Shown here: in pieces, positions 27,805-40,072 of the stretch
Position numbering within the stretch: position 1 is the stretch's first letter
Layout: every line of letters starts with the position of its first letter
Assembly: GCF_036321535.1 (NCBI RefSeq)
Contig: NC_087436.1
Location: 79,982,001 to 80,046,000, forward strand
DNA length: 64,000 nt
Direction: 5' to 3'
From: Camelus dromedarius
Taxonomy: Eukaryota
Made by a program: the position numbers and the translations under genes
Notes under the pieces: generated by a model
Told to the model about the DNA's origin: nothing
What the model saw: only the letters and a program-made list of their open reading frames with translations
The model's database searches: none

Positions 27805-29649
27805 CAAAATGTAAAAACAGATTTTGAAAAATCAGTGAGGTCAGACTGGCATTAGTAATTTCAAAGAAAGAGAGTTTAGCACATTGCCTGGTAGACAGAA
27901 AGCACACAATAAGTTATCAATAATGACAATGTGTATAGCATATGTATATGTATATACATACGCATATAGAGTATATGCATCTATGTATGTCCATATAAAT
28001 CTGGCTGTATCTATATATCTATACCTAGGTCAATATCTATCTATATATCAAACCTTTAATGGTTGGTAACAGTGAACAGAGAAGCAGCTCCACATCCTAA
28101 ACAACCCACCACCCTGACAGCATGGGCCGCGGTTAGTTTCATCAATAGTGGTTAAGGATATGGATTCAATAATCCACACATCTCCCTCATGAGTTGTGAC
28201 ATGCTGGCTTACTATAACCTCCAAACTGTAGCCCCATCTTTTAGATGAATAAAGGAGGAAAAAGCACAATCATGTCTACTAGACATTTAAAAAGTTTTTT
28301 CCCTTGTGAAAATAATGCAAGCTTGTAGCAAAAAAAAAAAAATGTAGAGAAAGATCAACAAAGATCAGAAAATAATCACTCAAATCCCACCACCTAGAAT
28401 AACTCTGTAATAATGTGTAATATAGTCCGTGCAGTACTTTTCCTTTGCATTTTTTACATATTCAAAAATGTACTATTTCATATTTTTTTACATAGCCTTA
28501 CATCAAAGCTCTTTGTAATTGTTATTTTAAACAGCTGCATAATATTCCACTCTGATGACCACAATCTTTTTAATGTCTTAAAGAGACATGATAACCTGTA
28601 TGTCTTGCTAGCTTTGTAAATTTGGGAAATTAATTAACCTCTGGGCCTCAATTTCATTATTTGTTAATGGATATAATAAAAAAAAAATACCTATAGCATT
28701 ATGTTGCTATGAACATTGAATTAAATACACTGTGTAAAGAGTTTAGTACATTGCCTCGTATATAGTAAGCACTCTGTAAAAGTTACCAATGATGATAACT
28801 TGTACATAAGAATTCTTGTTCACATTTCAGATAATTGCCTTAGGAAATATTCCTGGATATAAAATTAAGGACATAATATCTGAACATTCACATGATCTTA
28901 ATACAGACAATAAAAGTTTTCTATGTATGTGTATAACAATTTATACCTCATCAGTGATGTATGAGTGGTTACATTGAGAATCAATTAAAAAAATTTTGAT
29001 AGGTTAAAATATATCTCATTAAATTTGGGGTTCCTTTAATTAAAATTTTTTTTCAATGTTTTTCAAGGCATTCACATTTTCTTTCTTTTTTGTGTGACTT
29101 GGGGAAATTTCTGCCTATACCTTTTGCTGTCTGGGTCATTTTAATTCCTTGTTCCAAACCATTCAGATACACACCTACAGCATCTCCCCAGTGTTTATTT
29201 TAACTCTGCTCCACCGTCATCTCACACCCACACCACACAGTGGCTGAAGCAGATCTCTTGGCTTCCCTTCTCCTCTTCCTCTCTCTCCCCTCTCCCCACA
29301 CCCTCCCAAAGTCAATACTTCTCAACTGAATAATCTAGAGGATCTTGTTAAAATGATGACTCTGCATTTCTATTAAACTCCCAGGTGAGGTTGACGCTGT
29401 TCACTTTTCAACCTGAGTTAAAGCCTGTACTGGATCTGAGTAAGCTGTTAGAGCCCAAGAAACTCATCCCCCTTCATGATTTTCAACTTTTAAAGGGAAA
29501 AAGCTGCAGATGGGATGTTTCTAAAGGAAAGACAGCTGGCTGCCAAGAGACCTCCCAGAGTGTAAATGTCCACAGCCCATGGTCTTGGAACGGTGTCTGC
29601 AACTTTCCACTGTCACGGCTGATGCCAGGATTTTGATCACCACTTACCA

Positions 29650-31062
29650 ATTAGCTTCAATTACACGAGTCCACTGATACCCGGGCATCTAACAGGTTAC
29701 CTGCCATGATCTATTAGCTGTCATCCCAGACCTCTGGGTTTGGCTATCCTGCCAGCCACTCTGGCCTTACCGCCTGATAGGATAATTAACCATGCTTAAG
29801 GTGGTTAAATGTTTTCACCAGCCTTCATTTCATGGTAGCATCTTGTATTGTTCATGTAGCCTACAAATGAAGCTACCAGTGAGCCTCTCAGAGATGCCAC
29901 AGGTCTCTGACCAGGGAATTCCACTCTGCCTCGGTGAAGGCAGTGTCCTCTGTGGAAACAGAGTTGGGTGGTGGTGGGCTCTGTTCTCACACATCAATCC
30001 ATTCTAACACTCCCTCCTCCTACCACATTCTGCTAAGGCAGTCCAGTGTCCTCACCTTGTCACCATGTCCAAGCATCAAGGAGCCATCCAGGGTCACAGC
30101 AGGACCAGTTCCCCATGTCCTTGCCAGTTCCCTGAACTTTGAGTCGTGGGCAAGGGCTCCTAAGTCAGTACATTTTCCTCTTCCCAGCTTTCGCCTATAC
30201 CCATTTCCCCTGACCTTGGTCCCACAAGATATCTGCTCCCACAAATGTTATTTAGGTTCCTGTCCATGAACACAAGCCAGGATATACAGATCTTTGATGT
30301 TTCAAACACTTCCTCACAAAATAGAGACCATTCCCTGTTTGAGCTGTGCCAAAACCTAACCCTCTTTTTTGGTCTGGAGGCAACGAGGGGGCACAAGGGC
30401 AGATACGGACAGGGCAATGGCATCTTGTGAGATACCTGCTTCAGATGACATCTTTGCAGGGTCTCCAGGCAAAGGGAAACTGTTCTCCTCTTGTAAGAAG
30501 AGAGGGGCAGCTTCTGCCAGACTGAAGGATTCAGGAGAATCTAAGATCTAAGATTTTCAGACTTCCCTGCCCAAATATCCCCATGTCAAAGGTCAAGCTC
30601 CTGCCCTTTTACTATAAGGTCCTGATTTTGTCATGTAAGACTCGTGAAAACCATGCACGTGGTGTTCTCTGCCATTCAGCTACCCTCACAATTAGGTCCT
30701 GAACTTGATCTTCAGTGGCTGAAGAAGACACGGGTCTCCTTAAGCATCACCACAGAGGCCCTCTGATTTTCCATATCATATCTGTTATTTTCTTTTCAGG
30801 GCTTTTAAAGGATTTAACAAATGCCAACTAACTACAGTCCTCATGGTTACCACAGCCCATCTAACACTCGACTGCCACCGCCTAAACCAGCCTGCACCTC
30901 GTCTCCATCCACTGGAGGTGAGCATCTTAGTCCCTGTGATGCTGCAACATGTTGCACCACTCCCTTACCATCAGCAAAGGGGTTTCTGCACAATGAGGTG
31001 AGGGATTCAGCTCAAAGTCTCATCCTAAAGGTCTGCATTCTGGCAACTCTCCTGGTACCAAC
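29650..31062 (-). mobile_element. Degraded ERV-L (ERV3-16A3_I-like) internal region with gag remnant
   Basis: Minus strand begins GTTGGTACCAGGAG directly after the LTR end. Minus-strand ORF 30020-30244 contains KLGRGKCTDLGALAHDSKFRELARTWGTGP, resembling ERV-L Gag as I recall it (KLDxxEFIDMGxLSRDSxFNVxAR). Confidence 0.7.
31049..31060 (-). other. Retroviral primer-binding site (tRNA-Leu type)
   Basis: Minus-strand TGGTACCAGGAG, 2 nt downstream of the LTR terminal ...GACA. Complementary to a tRNA-Leu 3' end (...CTCCTGGTACCA), as expected for ERV-L. Confidence 0.65.
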
Positions 31063-31430
31063 TGTCTCAGCCTGAGGTCCCCTGCAAGGAGAGCCTGAGA
31101 CAGGTAATTTATTAAGAATGTAACTCCAGGGATCAGGTGTGTTAGGGTGAGTGGACAGGGAAGGAAGAAAAATCCACCCAACGATGTATTATTGTATTGG
31201 CCACAGCAAGAAAGGCTACCTGTTCTCAAGTCCATGGGACCATCTGAGGAATCATAAAATGTGTCTCCAGTCTGTCAGCCCAGATATGAAATGGGGGAGC
31301 ATGTATCCGTCGAATCCCATTCCTTGTTGGTCAAGGGAGGCCCCATAGGTATTAACACCCTTACACTTGCAAGCTGTGTAAGCACAAGGGTGAGCAGCTT
31401 CCCATGGGCATCAGAGAAGCCCTGGGCAGT
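31063..31430 (-). mobile_element. ERVL LTR (LTR33-like), 5' LTR of the ERV-L remnant
   Basis: TGTCTCAGCCTGAGGTCCCC...AGAGCCTGAGACAGG...TTTATT (minus-strand poly(A) signal), abutting the PBS. Confidence 0.7.
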
Positions 31431-33789
31431 TTCCCTCTCTAGGATAAAACCCAACATAAAGTGGACAACTGTATTATCTTCTTTAGGCAAATGGCGTCTA
31501 CTAACTCTGTACATTTTCTGGCATTGGTCAGAATAGGAAGAGTTGATACAAAGTTAAAACTACTAGCTTTTATCTGAATTGTATGCTGATTAGGTAAAAT
31601 CCGTTTACAAAAATTAGATCCACTTTTCTCTGGTCTAGGTTTTGTCCCAGGAGGAGTGTTCCTGTCATGTCTTAAAAGGCTCCGCTCTGCCATGGTGATT
31701 CGTACAACCCTGGCTTTGATTGTGTGAGCTTTTTGAGTAAATCTGGATATGCTTTGAAAATGTCCAATGGAAAAGACTTTTGGCCAAGATTTAGAGGGTT
31801 CTCTTTAAAAAAGAGAAGCCACTCTTCTTCCTCCAGACATATATTCCACTGAAAATGTTCCTCTCAAATCAGGGAGCATCCTTCTCCTTTCTCTTCTTTT
31901 CTCAACCTCCTACCTCTTTTTAAATAAGTTCTAATATTCTGGAGCGTGAGTCCTTTTAGCATCTCAGGCTGAATGAGACAGTTGAACACAGAGAAATTTT
32001 AAGTCATCATCACTCCTCTCTAAATATCTATTATCAAAATGTGAGCATGGGAACAATTACTTTAATTCCAAAGTTGTATAGGAACCAGTGTGAGGACTAT
32101 CAGAATATTCATGAGGAGAGGGAGAAAATAAAACGGGCCGGAGAGAGGGCTCTGTGAAGCGCGGGTGCGCGGAGCCAGCGCGGAGCCTGACGCCTCTGAG
32201 TGTTAACACATGGTCCCTCCACCCGAGGTCTGTATATGCAACTCAGCTGCTGGGCTGACAGAAGATTTGGGGTTGTTAACACACACTTCATTAAAATACC
32301 AGCTAAAATCCAAGTTCGAAATCCCACAGTTTGTGTTAGTTGATAAAACTCAATTGCTTCTAATTACTGTTAGTGCAGCTTTAAAATAATATTTTGTTGT
32401 AATAAAGGATTCAATATGACAAGTGAGAGTTGGCCCGCTGAACTGGAAACCCTGGGCCAGAAGAACTATGCTCACTCATGGTGTTCCCCGCTTGGACTGA
32501 CTTGTTTTACTGAAAATTTTCTAAGCATTCAACAGAGAAAAAAAAAAAAAAGACCCGTCTTCAAATGGCTTTTGAAAGGGTGAGGACAGCGCCAACACTG
32601 GATGATATCTGCATCTCTGATTAGTCGCCGAAACTTAAGAGGAGGAACACTGAGTTGGAAGGAGGCAGGCAGAATGGTGGTTTCCAACGCCCTTATGGAG
32701 ACGCACCACAACTAACCAGCATTCTCTTCTTTCAATACTTCTCTTCGCTCCCTCTACCCTCTTCCTAAGAGGTGTCAACACTGGCAGACTTGGTAAGCTG
32801 AAACACCTTCAAATACTGAAACCCGTTGTCTCCATCATGGGACAAAGGAAAGGAAACCCCCTTTCTCAACAATCTCTTCCACTCACTGTAATCCAGGAAC
32901 CATGGTCTTCTTAAGATTTCTCCAGAGGGCTGAGCCTCTTCCCGCCTCCTGGTGCTCGTACTTGTTCCTGTCCCCGACTCCTCTACTGCCTTCACCCACC
33001 CTCTCAACCCAGCTAACTCCTACGCAACCTTAACGTCTCACCTTGACCCCTAGCCCTGATGAAGTCTTCCCTGGCCCTCCATGTTTAAGTTAGGCTCGCA
33101 CTGTGTATACACTGTCATCACACCCTGCCTGTCTCCTTCATGGCACTTTAATCAAAACTGTGATAATTCGCATCGTATTTGTTTAATATGTTTTCCTTAT
33201 TAAGCTTCAAAGGATGGGCATCTCTTTTGTCCTGTCTTTTCTATAGCCATATTCAAAGTGCCTGGGGCAAACTCACTGACTGCCTAAGTAAATGACAACA
33301 AAGGTCAGAAAATTGAAGTGATTTTTACAGGTACTGCAAAGAAGGAATAAGAAACTAATATGGAGACACTGGCTAGGAACAAGGTAAAATGTTTGGTGAA
33401 ACAGACCTCATTTAACAAGGAAAAAAAAAGAGACTCTTCTCATCTTGTTGGCAGAGATCCCAGAGGAAGCCACAAAACCCTTTGGAGAAACCCAGGAATG
33501 TATACTGACCGATTGTTCTCTATTAGGAAAGACAGTCCTAGTTTTCCATGTCTTGTCACACATGAACAGGAATCCAAACTGGTCCATTTCTGAAATATCT
33601 CTACTTCTGTCCAGGGACTTCTCACTATTCGACTCATGCACAGCCATAAATTCCATCTTAGCCCTGAGTGCTCATAGGACACTTTAGAGCTAGGTCTCAG
33701 GCATTGATCTCCTTCAACCTTCTAGCAATTGAGGACAAAGACGATCATGGCGAGTAGTATTCATAACAATAATAAATGTAATGGTGAGG

Positions 33790-34292
33790 TGGTACCCTTC
33801 TGCTGACGAGGATCCATTCCACCCGTTCTGGTAGTGACTTCCTGGTATCTTAGGTGGAAAGATAGTTCCCCAGTGATCCCCAGTGGTTCTCTATCCTCTC
33901 CTGGGTAGGCTATTCAGTTGTTCAGCCCCTGGAATTTGAATCTTAAACAAAGTACTAATAAGACAGTTCTCTATCCTCTCCTGGGTAGGCTATTCAGTTG
34001 TTCAGCCCCTGGAATTTGAATCTTAAACAAAGTACTAATAAGACAGAAAATGGTTTGAGCTAAGCCATTTTACGAGAAGCACCCTGGGAAGACTATTGGA
34101 GAATGCCCTCTTCCTAGACCTCTGCCTCCCACCTTGAATTGCCAGAGCTCCTTTCACACCTGGATCGAGATCGCCTCTTCAGCCTGCCAGCTGTTCAATA
34201 TTCTTCCAATAAATACTCTCTTTACTTAAGCAGGCAATCTGTTCCCATTAGTTTCAACCAAAGTATCAGCCAAATTATCCTGACTGATTCAG
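33790..34292 (+). mobile_element. ERVL solo LTR (LTR16/33/40-like) containing an 80-bp duplication
   Basis: CCCCTGGAATTTGAATCTT motif and 3' end TTCCAATAAATACTCTCTTTACTTAAGC...CAACCAAAG...CCTGACTGATTCA. Confidence 0.65.
33886..34045 (+). repeat. Perfect 2 x 80-bp tandem duplication
   Basis: 33886-33965 is identical to 33966-34045 (GTTCTCTATCCTCTC...TACTAATAAGACA). Confidence 0.97.
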
Positions 34293-34889
34293 TGATAATG
34301 AAGATGCGCTGATAAAGATGATGATGCTAAAAACAAATGTCTTGTGAGATTTCAGAGAAATCTTCTTTCCCAAAGCTCAAGCCATTCGAAGGTTACCACA
34401 CTCGCTTATCTAGATACTTCTCTGGAATTAAGTAGTTAGAACTTAAATCAGTTCTTAATGGTTATTTGTTTAACATGCAAAATTCCAGTACATCAAACAA
34501 CTTTACTGGAGAAGTAAAGACTGGAATTATGATTTAATCTAATCTCTATTATTTGGCCTTATACTGTTATTTTAACTTTTATAAATATTTGTTGGATCAG
34601 AGAGTATATTTTTTTCTAAAATTATCTCACTAAGAAACTCTCTATTAAAACACATAATGCAATAGTTTCTTTATTTAAATAGTTGAAAGTTCTAAAAAAG
34701 ATTTCTGTACAAAAAGTCAACAGCTTTCATAATCATTGTTAATTATTCTAACACTCTTACTTCAATAACTAGCCTTTACATATCAACTGAATAATAGTGT
34801 TTTATGAGATAATGCTTTTAAGAAATATTTCACTCCAAGTTAACTCTTGAATGTTTACCTATAGTATTTGAAAGTGCATACTCACAAGC

Positions 34890-35337
34890 TGTATTAGATA
34901 GCTATGCTATATAACCAACTGCCCCAAGATTCAGCGGCTTAAAACCACAATTACTTATTTTTGTTCATACCTCTATAGGTCAGCTGAAGGTCAGCTGATC
35001 TGGGCTGGGTGACTGATTCAAGCTGCCGGACATGCTGACGTGGCCCCTCACTGTGGCTTGGGCTCAGGTCTGCTCTGCAGGGGGGCCTCTGAACCCCAGA
35101 TACTCAGGAGAAGCCCTTTTCACCATGGTGGCAGAGGAGGAAGATGGCAAGCCCATCACACAAGCACATCCCAAGCTTTTGACTGTATCACAACCACTAA
35201 TATTCCATTATCCAAAGCACAGCACGTGGCCAAGCCCGATACTGATAGGGAAGTTCTGGGAACTTTCTATAACTATTCTATACACATGGGAGGAGAGAGG
35301 ATTGAATATCTCCTGAATAATAATCCCAACTATCACA
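34890..35337 (-). mobile_element. MaLR LTR (MLT1H/I/J-like)
   Basis: TGTATTAG...CCCCAAGATTCAGCGGCTTAAAACCAC...CACGTGGCCAAGCCC...AATAATCCCAACTATCACA. Confidence 0.75.
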
Positions 35338-36442
35338 TAAACTAGCAATGCATCTGATAGACATACTTTGTTTATGTAAATAATAATATTTTGCTGACTG
35401 AATTTGATGGTAACTTATTTGACTGTTGAAAAGTGACACTGAACTTGGCATTTAACTAATTGCCTGTCCAAAATCCAAGGCCAAAGCTGAAAGCAGACAG
35501 CAGACTAGGGATGAACCCCAAGGCCAAAGCTGAAACTTCAGTTCATCCTGACCTAACTTGCCCAAAGATGCACAGCTTTGTCATGGCACAGCTGGAGGTT
35601 TAACTCAGATACTCCCGACTCAGACCCCATGTTCTTATAGCACTAGGCTGAAGTGCGCCACAGTAAGTATCATGTCTCTATTTTGGAAAAGAAAAATTGA
35701 AGCATTAAATATTTACTGTGTGCCAGGCTTAGAATCAGAGAATTTATTCATATTATTGCATTTTTCCTTAAATCTCATGAGGTCAGGGTAATTTTTCAGA
35801 ATTTACAGGTAAGGAAATAATTGCTCAGGAAGTTTTCAAATTTAATTTTTCTAAGGACAGGCAGGTAGAAAACCTAAGTTTTGAAACCAGCCCCATCTGG
35901 CCACAAAACACATGTTTTTCTACTAAACTACACGGTCATCTCAAAATACTCAGCCACTGGGACCGAGAGCTTGCACCTGAACCTGCGCCTTTGACTCAGT
36001 GATTTCTCTATTATTGTTCCAGCAACCGGTATTTCTAAAACCATAAGTTTTGTTTTAATACATGGTTTAACCACTGGTCAAAATATTTGAACTTGAGACT
36101 ATCCAACACACCCTGGTCGCCATAAATATATGACATACTCCCTTCTTATTAATTCAACCACCATCTGTGACTTTTTTCAATATTAAGAAAGGTTATGCCA
36201 TGTACATTATTTCAAGGGTACTGTCATTTGCCATTAAGAAAAAAATTACATTGAAAGGTGAAAAAGGTCTAACTCTTGATCAAAACCTTCCATTTACATG
36301 TTCCATTGCTCCCGTATGTAGAACAATGCTGCCTCCTGTCAATGATAATAATAATAATAATATAAAATTATGCTTTTAGGAATTCTCGGTCCATAGAATC
36401 TTATCAGGATTCTTTAAATTGACACATTAACAATTCCTTTCA

Positions 36443-39400
36443 GGATGGAAAAGGATATTCCATGCAAATGGAAAAGCCAAAAAAGCAGGTGTTGCAGTAC
36501 TGATTTCAGACAAAATAGACTTTAAAACAAAGGCCATAAAGAAAGATAAAGAAGGACATTTTATAATGATTAAAGGAGTGATACAAGATGAGGATATTAC
36601 ACTCGTTAATATATATGCACCCAATATAGGAGCACCTAAGTACATACAAGAATTACTAACAGAGATAAAGGGGGATATTGATGGGAATACAATCATAGTT
36701 GGAGATTTTAACACTGCATTAACATCACTAGACAGATCTTCCAGACAGAAAATAAACAAGGCAACAGAGAAATTAAATACTACAATAGAAAAACTAGATT
36801 TGGTGGATATTTTCAGAACATTACACCCCCAAAAAATAGGATATATATTCTTTTCAAGTGCACATGGAACATTTTCCAGGATCGATCATGTACTTGGGCA
36901 CAAAAGAAACCTCAACAATTTTAAGAAGATAGAAACTATCTCAAGCATCTTTACTGACCACAATGCCATGAAACTGGAAATCAACAACAGAGAAACAAAG
37001 GAGAAAAAAAGGAAAGCATGGAGATTAAACAATATGTTATTGAAAAAACAATGGATCAATGAGGAAATCAAAGCTGAAATTAAAAAATACCTTGAGACAA
37101 ATGATAATGAAAGCACAACCACTCAAAACCTATGGGACACAGCAAAGGCAGTGCTAAGAGGGAAGTTTATAGCGATACAGGCATTCCTCAAAAAAGAAGA
37201 ACAATCTCAAATAAACAATTTAACCCACCACCTGAATGAATTAGAAAAAGAAGAACAAAAAGCCCCAAAAAGCAGCAGAAGGAAGGAAATAATAAAGATC
37301 AGAGAGGAATTAAATACAATAGAGATTAACAAGACCATAGAAAAAATCAACCAAACCAAAAGCTGGTTTTTTGAAAAAGTAAATAAAATCGACAAACCTC
37401 TGGCCAAACTCACAAAGAAGAAAAAAGAGAGAGCACATATTAGCAAAATAAGAAAGGAAAATGGAGAAATTACAACAAACAAAATAGAAATACAGAATAT
37501 CATACAAGAATATTATGAAAAACTATATGGACCCAAACTGGATAACCTAGAGGAGATGGACAAGTTTCTGGAAACATACTGTCCACCAAAACTGAATCAA
37601 GAAGAATCTGAACACTTGAACAATCCGATCACTAGAAAGGAAATAGAAATAGCAATTAAAAACCTCCCTACAAATAAAAGTCCAGGACCGGACGGCTTCA
37701 CTGGGGAATTCTACCAAACATACAAAGAAGAACTCATACCAGTCCTTCTCAAACTCTTCCAGACGATTGAAAAGGAGGGAATACTCCCAAACTCATTCTA
37801 TGAAGCCACCATCACCCTGATACCAAAACCAGGCAAAGACACTACAAAAAAAGAGAATTATAGGCCAATATCACTGATGAACATAGACGCCAAAATCCTC
37901 ACCAAAATTTTAGCAAATAGAATCCAACAACACATAAAAAAGATTATACATCATGACCAAGTGGGGTTCATCCCAGGGACACAAGGCTGGTTCAACATAC
38001 GCAAATCAATCAGTGTAATACATCACATCAACAAGAGAAAGGACAAAAACCACATGATCATCTCAATCGATGCAGAAAAAGCATTTGATAAAATTCAACA
38101 CCCATTTATGGTAAAAACTCTCGCCAAAGTGGGTATAGAGGGAACATATCTCAACATAATAAAAGCTATATATGACAAACCTACAGCCAGCATAGTACTC
38201 AACGGTGAAAAACTCAAAAGCTTCCCACTAAAATCTGGGACAAGACAAGGATGCCCACTATCACCACTCCTATTCAACATAGTCCTGGAAGTCCTAGCCA
38301 CAGCAGTCAGGCAAGAGAAAGAAATAAAAGGGATCCAAATTGGAAAAGAAGAGGTAAAAGTGTCATTATATGCTGATGACATGTTACTATATATAGAAAA
38401 CCCTAAAAGGTCCACACAAAAGCTACTAGAGCTGATTGAAGAATTCAGCAAGGTAGCAGGTTACAAAATTAACGTTCAAAAATCAGTTGCATTTCTTTAC
38501 ACTAACGATAAATCAACAGAAGAAGAAAGTAAAGAAACAATCCCCTTTAAAATAGCACCCAAAGTAATAAAATATCTGGGAATAAATCTAACCAAGGAGG
38601 TGAAAGAATTATACACAGAAAACTATAAACCATTGATGAAGGAAATTAAAGAAGACTTTAAAAAATGGAAAGATATTCCATGCTCTTGGATCGGAAGAAT
38701 CAATATTGTTAAAATGGTCACACTGCCCAAGGCAATCTACAGATTTAATGCAATCCCTATCCAATTACCTAGGACGTATTTCACAGAACTAGAAAAAATC
38801 ATAATAAAATTCATATGGAACCATCAAAGACCTAGAATTGCCAAAGCATTACTGAAGAGAAAGAAAGAGGCTGGAGGAATAACTCTCCCAGACTTCAGAC
38901 AATACTATAGAGCTACAGTCATCAAGACAGCATGGTATTGGTACCAAAACAGACATATAGACCAATGGAACAGAATAGAGAGCCCAGAAATGAACCCACA
39001 AACTTTTGGTCAACTCATCTTTGACAAAGGAGGCAAGAATATACATTGGAATAAAGACAGTCTCTTCAGCAAATGGTGCTGGGAAAACTGGACAGCAGCA
39101 TGTAAAACAATGAAGCTAGAACACTCCCTTACACCATATACAAAAATCAACTCAAAATGGATTAAAGACTTAAACATAAGACAAGATACAATAAACCTCC
39201 TAGAGGAAAACATAGGCAAAACATTATCTGACATACATTTCAAAAATTTTCTCCTAGAAGAAATAAAAGCAAGAAAAAACAAATGGGACCTAATGAAACT
39301 TACAAGCTTCTGCACAGCAAAGGAAACCAGAAATAAAACAAGAAGAAAACCTACGGAATGGGAGAAAATTTTTGCAAGTGAAACCGACAAAGGCTTGATC

Positions 39401-40072
39401 TCCAGAATATATAAGCAGCTCATACGACTCAATAAGAAAAAAATAAACAACCCAATCCAAAAATGGGCAGAAGACCTAAACAAGCAATTCTCCAAGGAAG
39501 ACATACAAATGATCAAAAAGCACATGAAAAAATGCTCCATATCACTAATTATCAGAGAAATGCAAATCAAAACTACAATGAGGTATCACCTCACACCAGT
39601 CAGAATGGCCGTCATTCAAAAATCCACAAATGACAAATGCTGGAGAGGCTGTGGAGAAAGGGGAACCCTCCTACACTGCTGGTGGGAATGCAGTTTGGTG
39701 CAGCCACTATGGAAAATAGTGTGGAGATTCCTCAAAAGACTAGGAATAGACTTACCATATGACCCAGGAATCCCACTCCTGGGCTTGTATCCAGAAGGAA
39801 TCCTACTTCAAAATGACACCTGCACCCCAATGTTCATAGCAGCACTATTTACAATAGCCAAGACATGGAAACAGCCTAAATGTCCATCAACAGGTGACTG
39901 GATAAAGAAGAGGTGGTATATTTATATAATGGAATACTACTCAGCCATAAAAACCGACAACATAATGCCATTTGCAGCAACATGGATGCTCCTGGAGAAT
40001 GTCATTCTAAGTGAAGTAAGCCAGAAAGAGAAAGAAAAATACCATATGAGATCGCTTATATGTGGAATCTAA
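36443..40072 (+). CDS. ORF2: LINE-1 ORF2p (partial endonuclease, reverse transcriptase, CCHC domain), N-terminally truncated; first in-frame ATG at 36566 (1168 aa)
   Basis: Frame starts [25 protein letters not shown] motifs IVGDFN, SRIDH and TDH; KSPGPDG; RT motifs [23 protein letters not shown] and YADD (38369-38380); zinc knuckle [18 protein letters not shown]. Confidence 0.95.
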   Translation, partial: GWKRIFHANGKAKKAGVAVLISDKIDFKTKAIKKDKEGHFIMIKGVIQDEDITLVNIYAPNIGAPKYIQELLTEIKGDIDGNTIIVGDFNTALTSLDRSSRQKINKATEKLNTTIEKLDLVDIFRTLHPQKIGYIFFSSAHGTFSRIDHVLGHKRNLNNFKKIETISSIFTDHNAMKLEINNRETKEKKRKAWRLNNMLLKKQWINEEIKAEIKKYLETNDNESTTTQNLWDTAKAVLRGKFIAIQAFLKKEEQSQINNLTHHLNELEKEEQKAPKSSRRKEIIKIREELNTIEINKTIEKINQTKSWFFEKVNKIDKPLAKLTKKKKERAHISKIRKENGEITTNKIEIQNIIQEYYEKLYGPKLDNLEEMDKFLETYCPPKLNQEESEHLNNPITRKEIEIAIKNLPTNKSPGPDGFTGEFYQTYKEELIPVLLKLFQTIEKEGILPNSFYEATITLIPKPGKDTTKKENYRPISLMNIDAKILTKILANRIQQHIKKIIHHDQVGFIPGTQGWFNIRKSISVIHHINKRKDKNHMIISIDAEKAFDKIQHPFMVKTLAKVGIEGTYLNIIKAIYDKPTASIVLNGEKLKSFPLKSGTRQGCPLSPLLFNIVLEVLATAVRQEKEIKGIQIGKEEVKVSLYADDMLLYIENPKRSTQKLLELIEEFSKVAGYKINVQKSVAFLYTNDKSTEEESKETIPFKIAPKVIKYLGINLTKEVKELYTENYKPLMKEIKEDFKKWKDIPCSWIGRINIVKMVTLPKAIYRFNAIPIQLPRTYFTELEKIIIKFIWNHQRPRIAKALLKRKKEAGGITLPDFRQYYRATVIKTAWYWYQNRHIDQWNRIESPEMNPQTFGQLIFDKGGKNIHWNKDSLFSKWCWENWTAACKTMKLEHSLTPYTKINSKWIKDLNIRQDTINLLEENIGKTLSDIHFKNFLLEEIKARKNKWDLMKLTSFCTAKETRNKTRRKPTEWEKIFASETDKGLISRIYKQLIRLNKKKINNPIQKWAEDLNKQFSKEDIQMIKKHMKKCSISLIIREMQIKTTMRYHLTPVRMAVIQKSTNDKCWRGCGERGTLLHCWWECSLVQPLWKIVWRFLKRLGIDLPYDPGIPLLGLYPEGILLQNDTCTPMFIAALFTIAKTWKQPKCPSTGDWIKKRWYIYIMEYYSAIKTDNIMPFAATWMLLENVILSEVSQKEKEKYHMRSLICGI

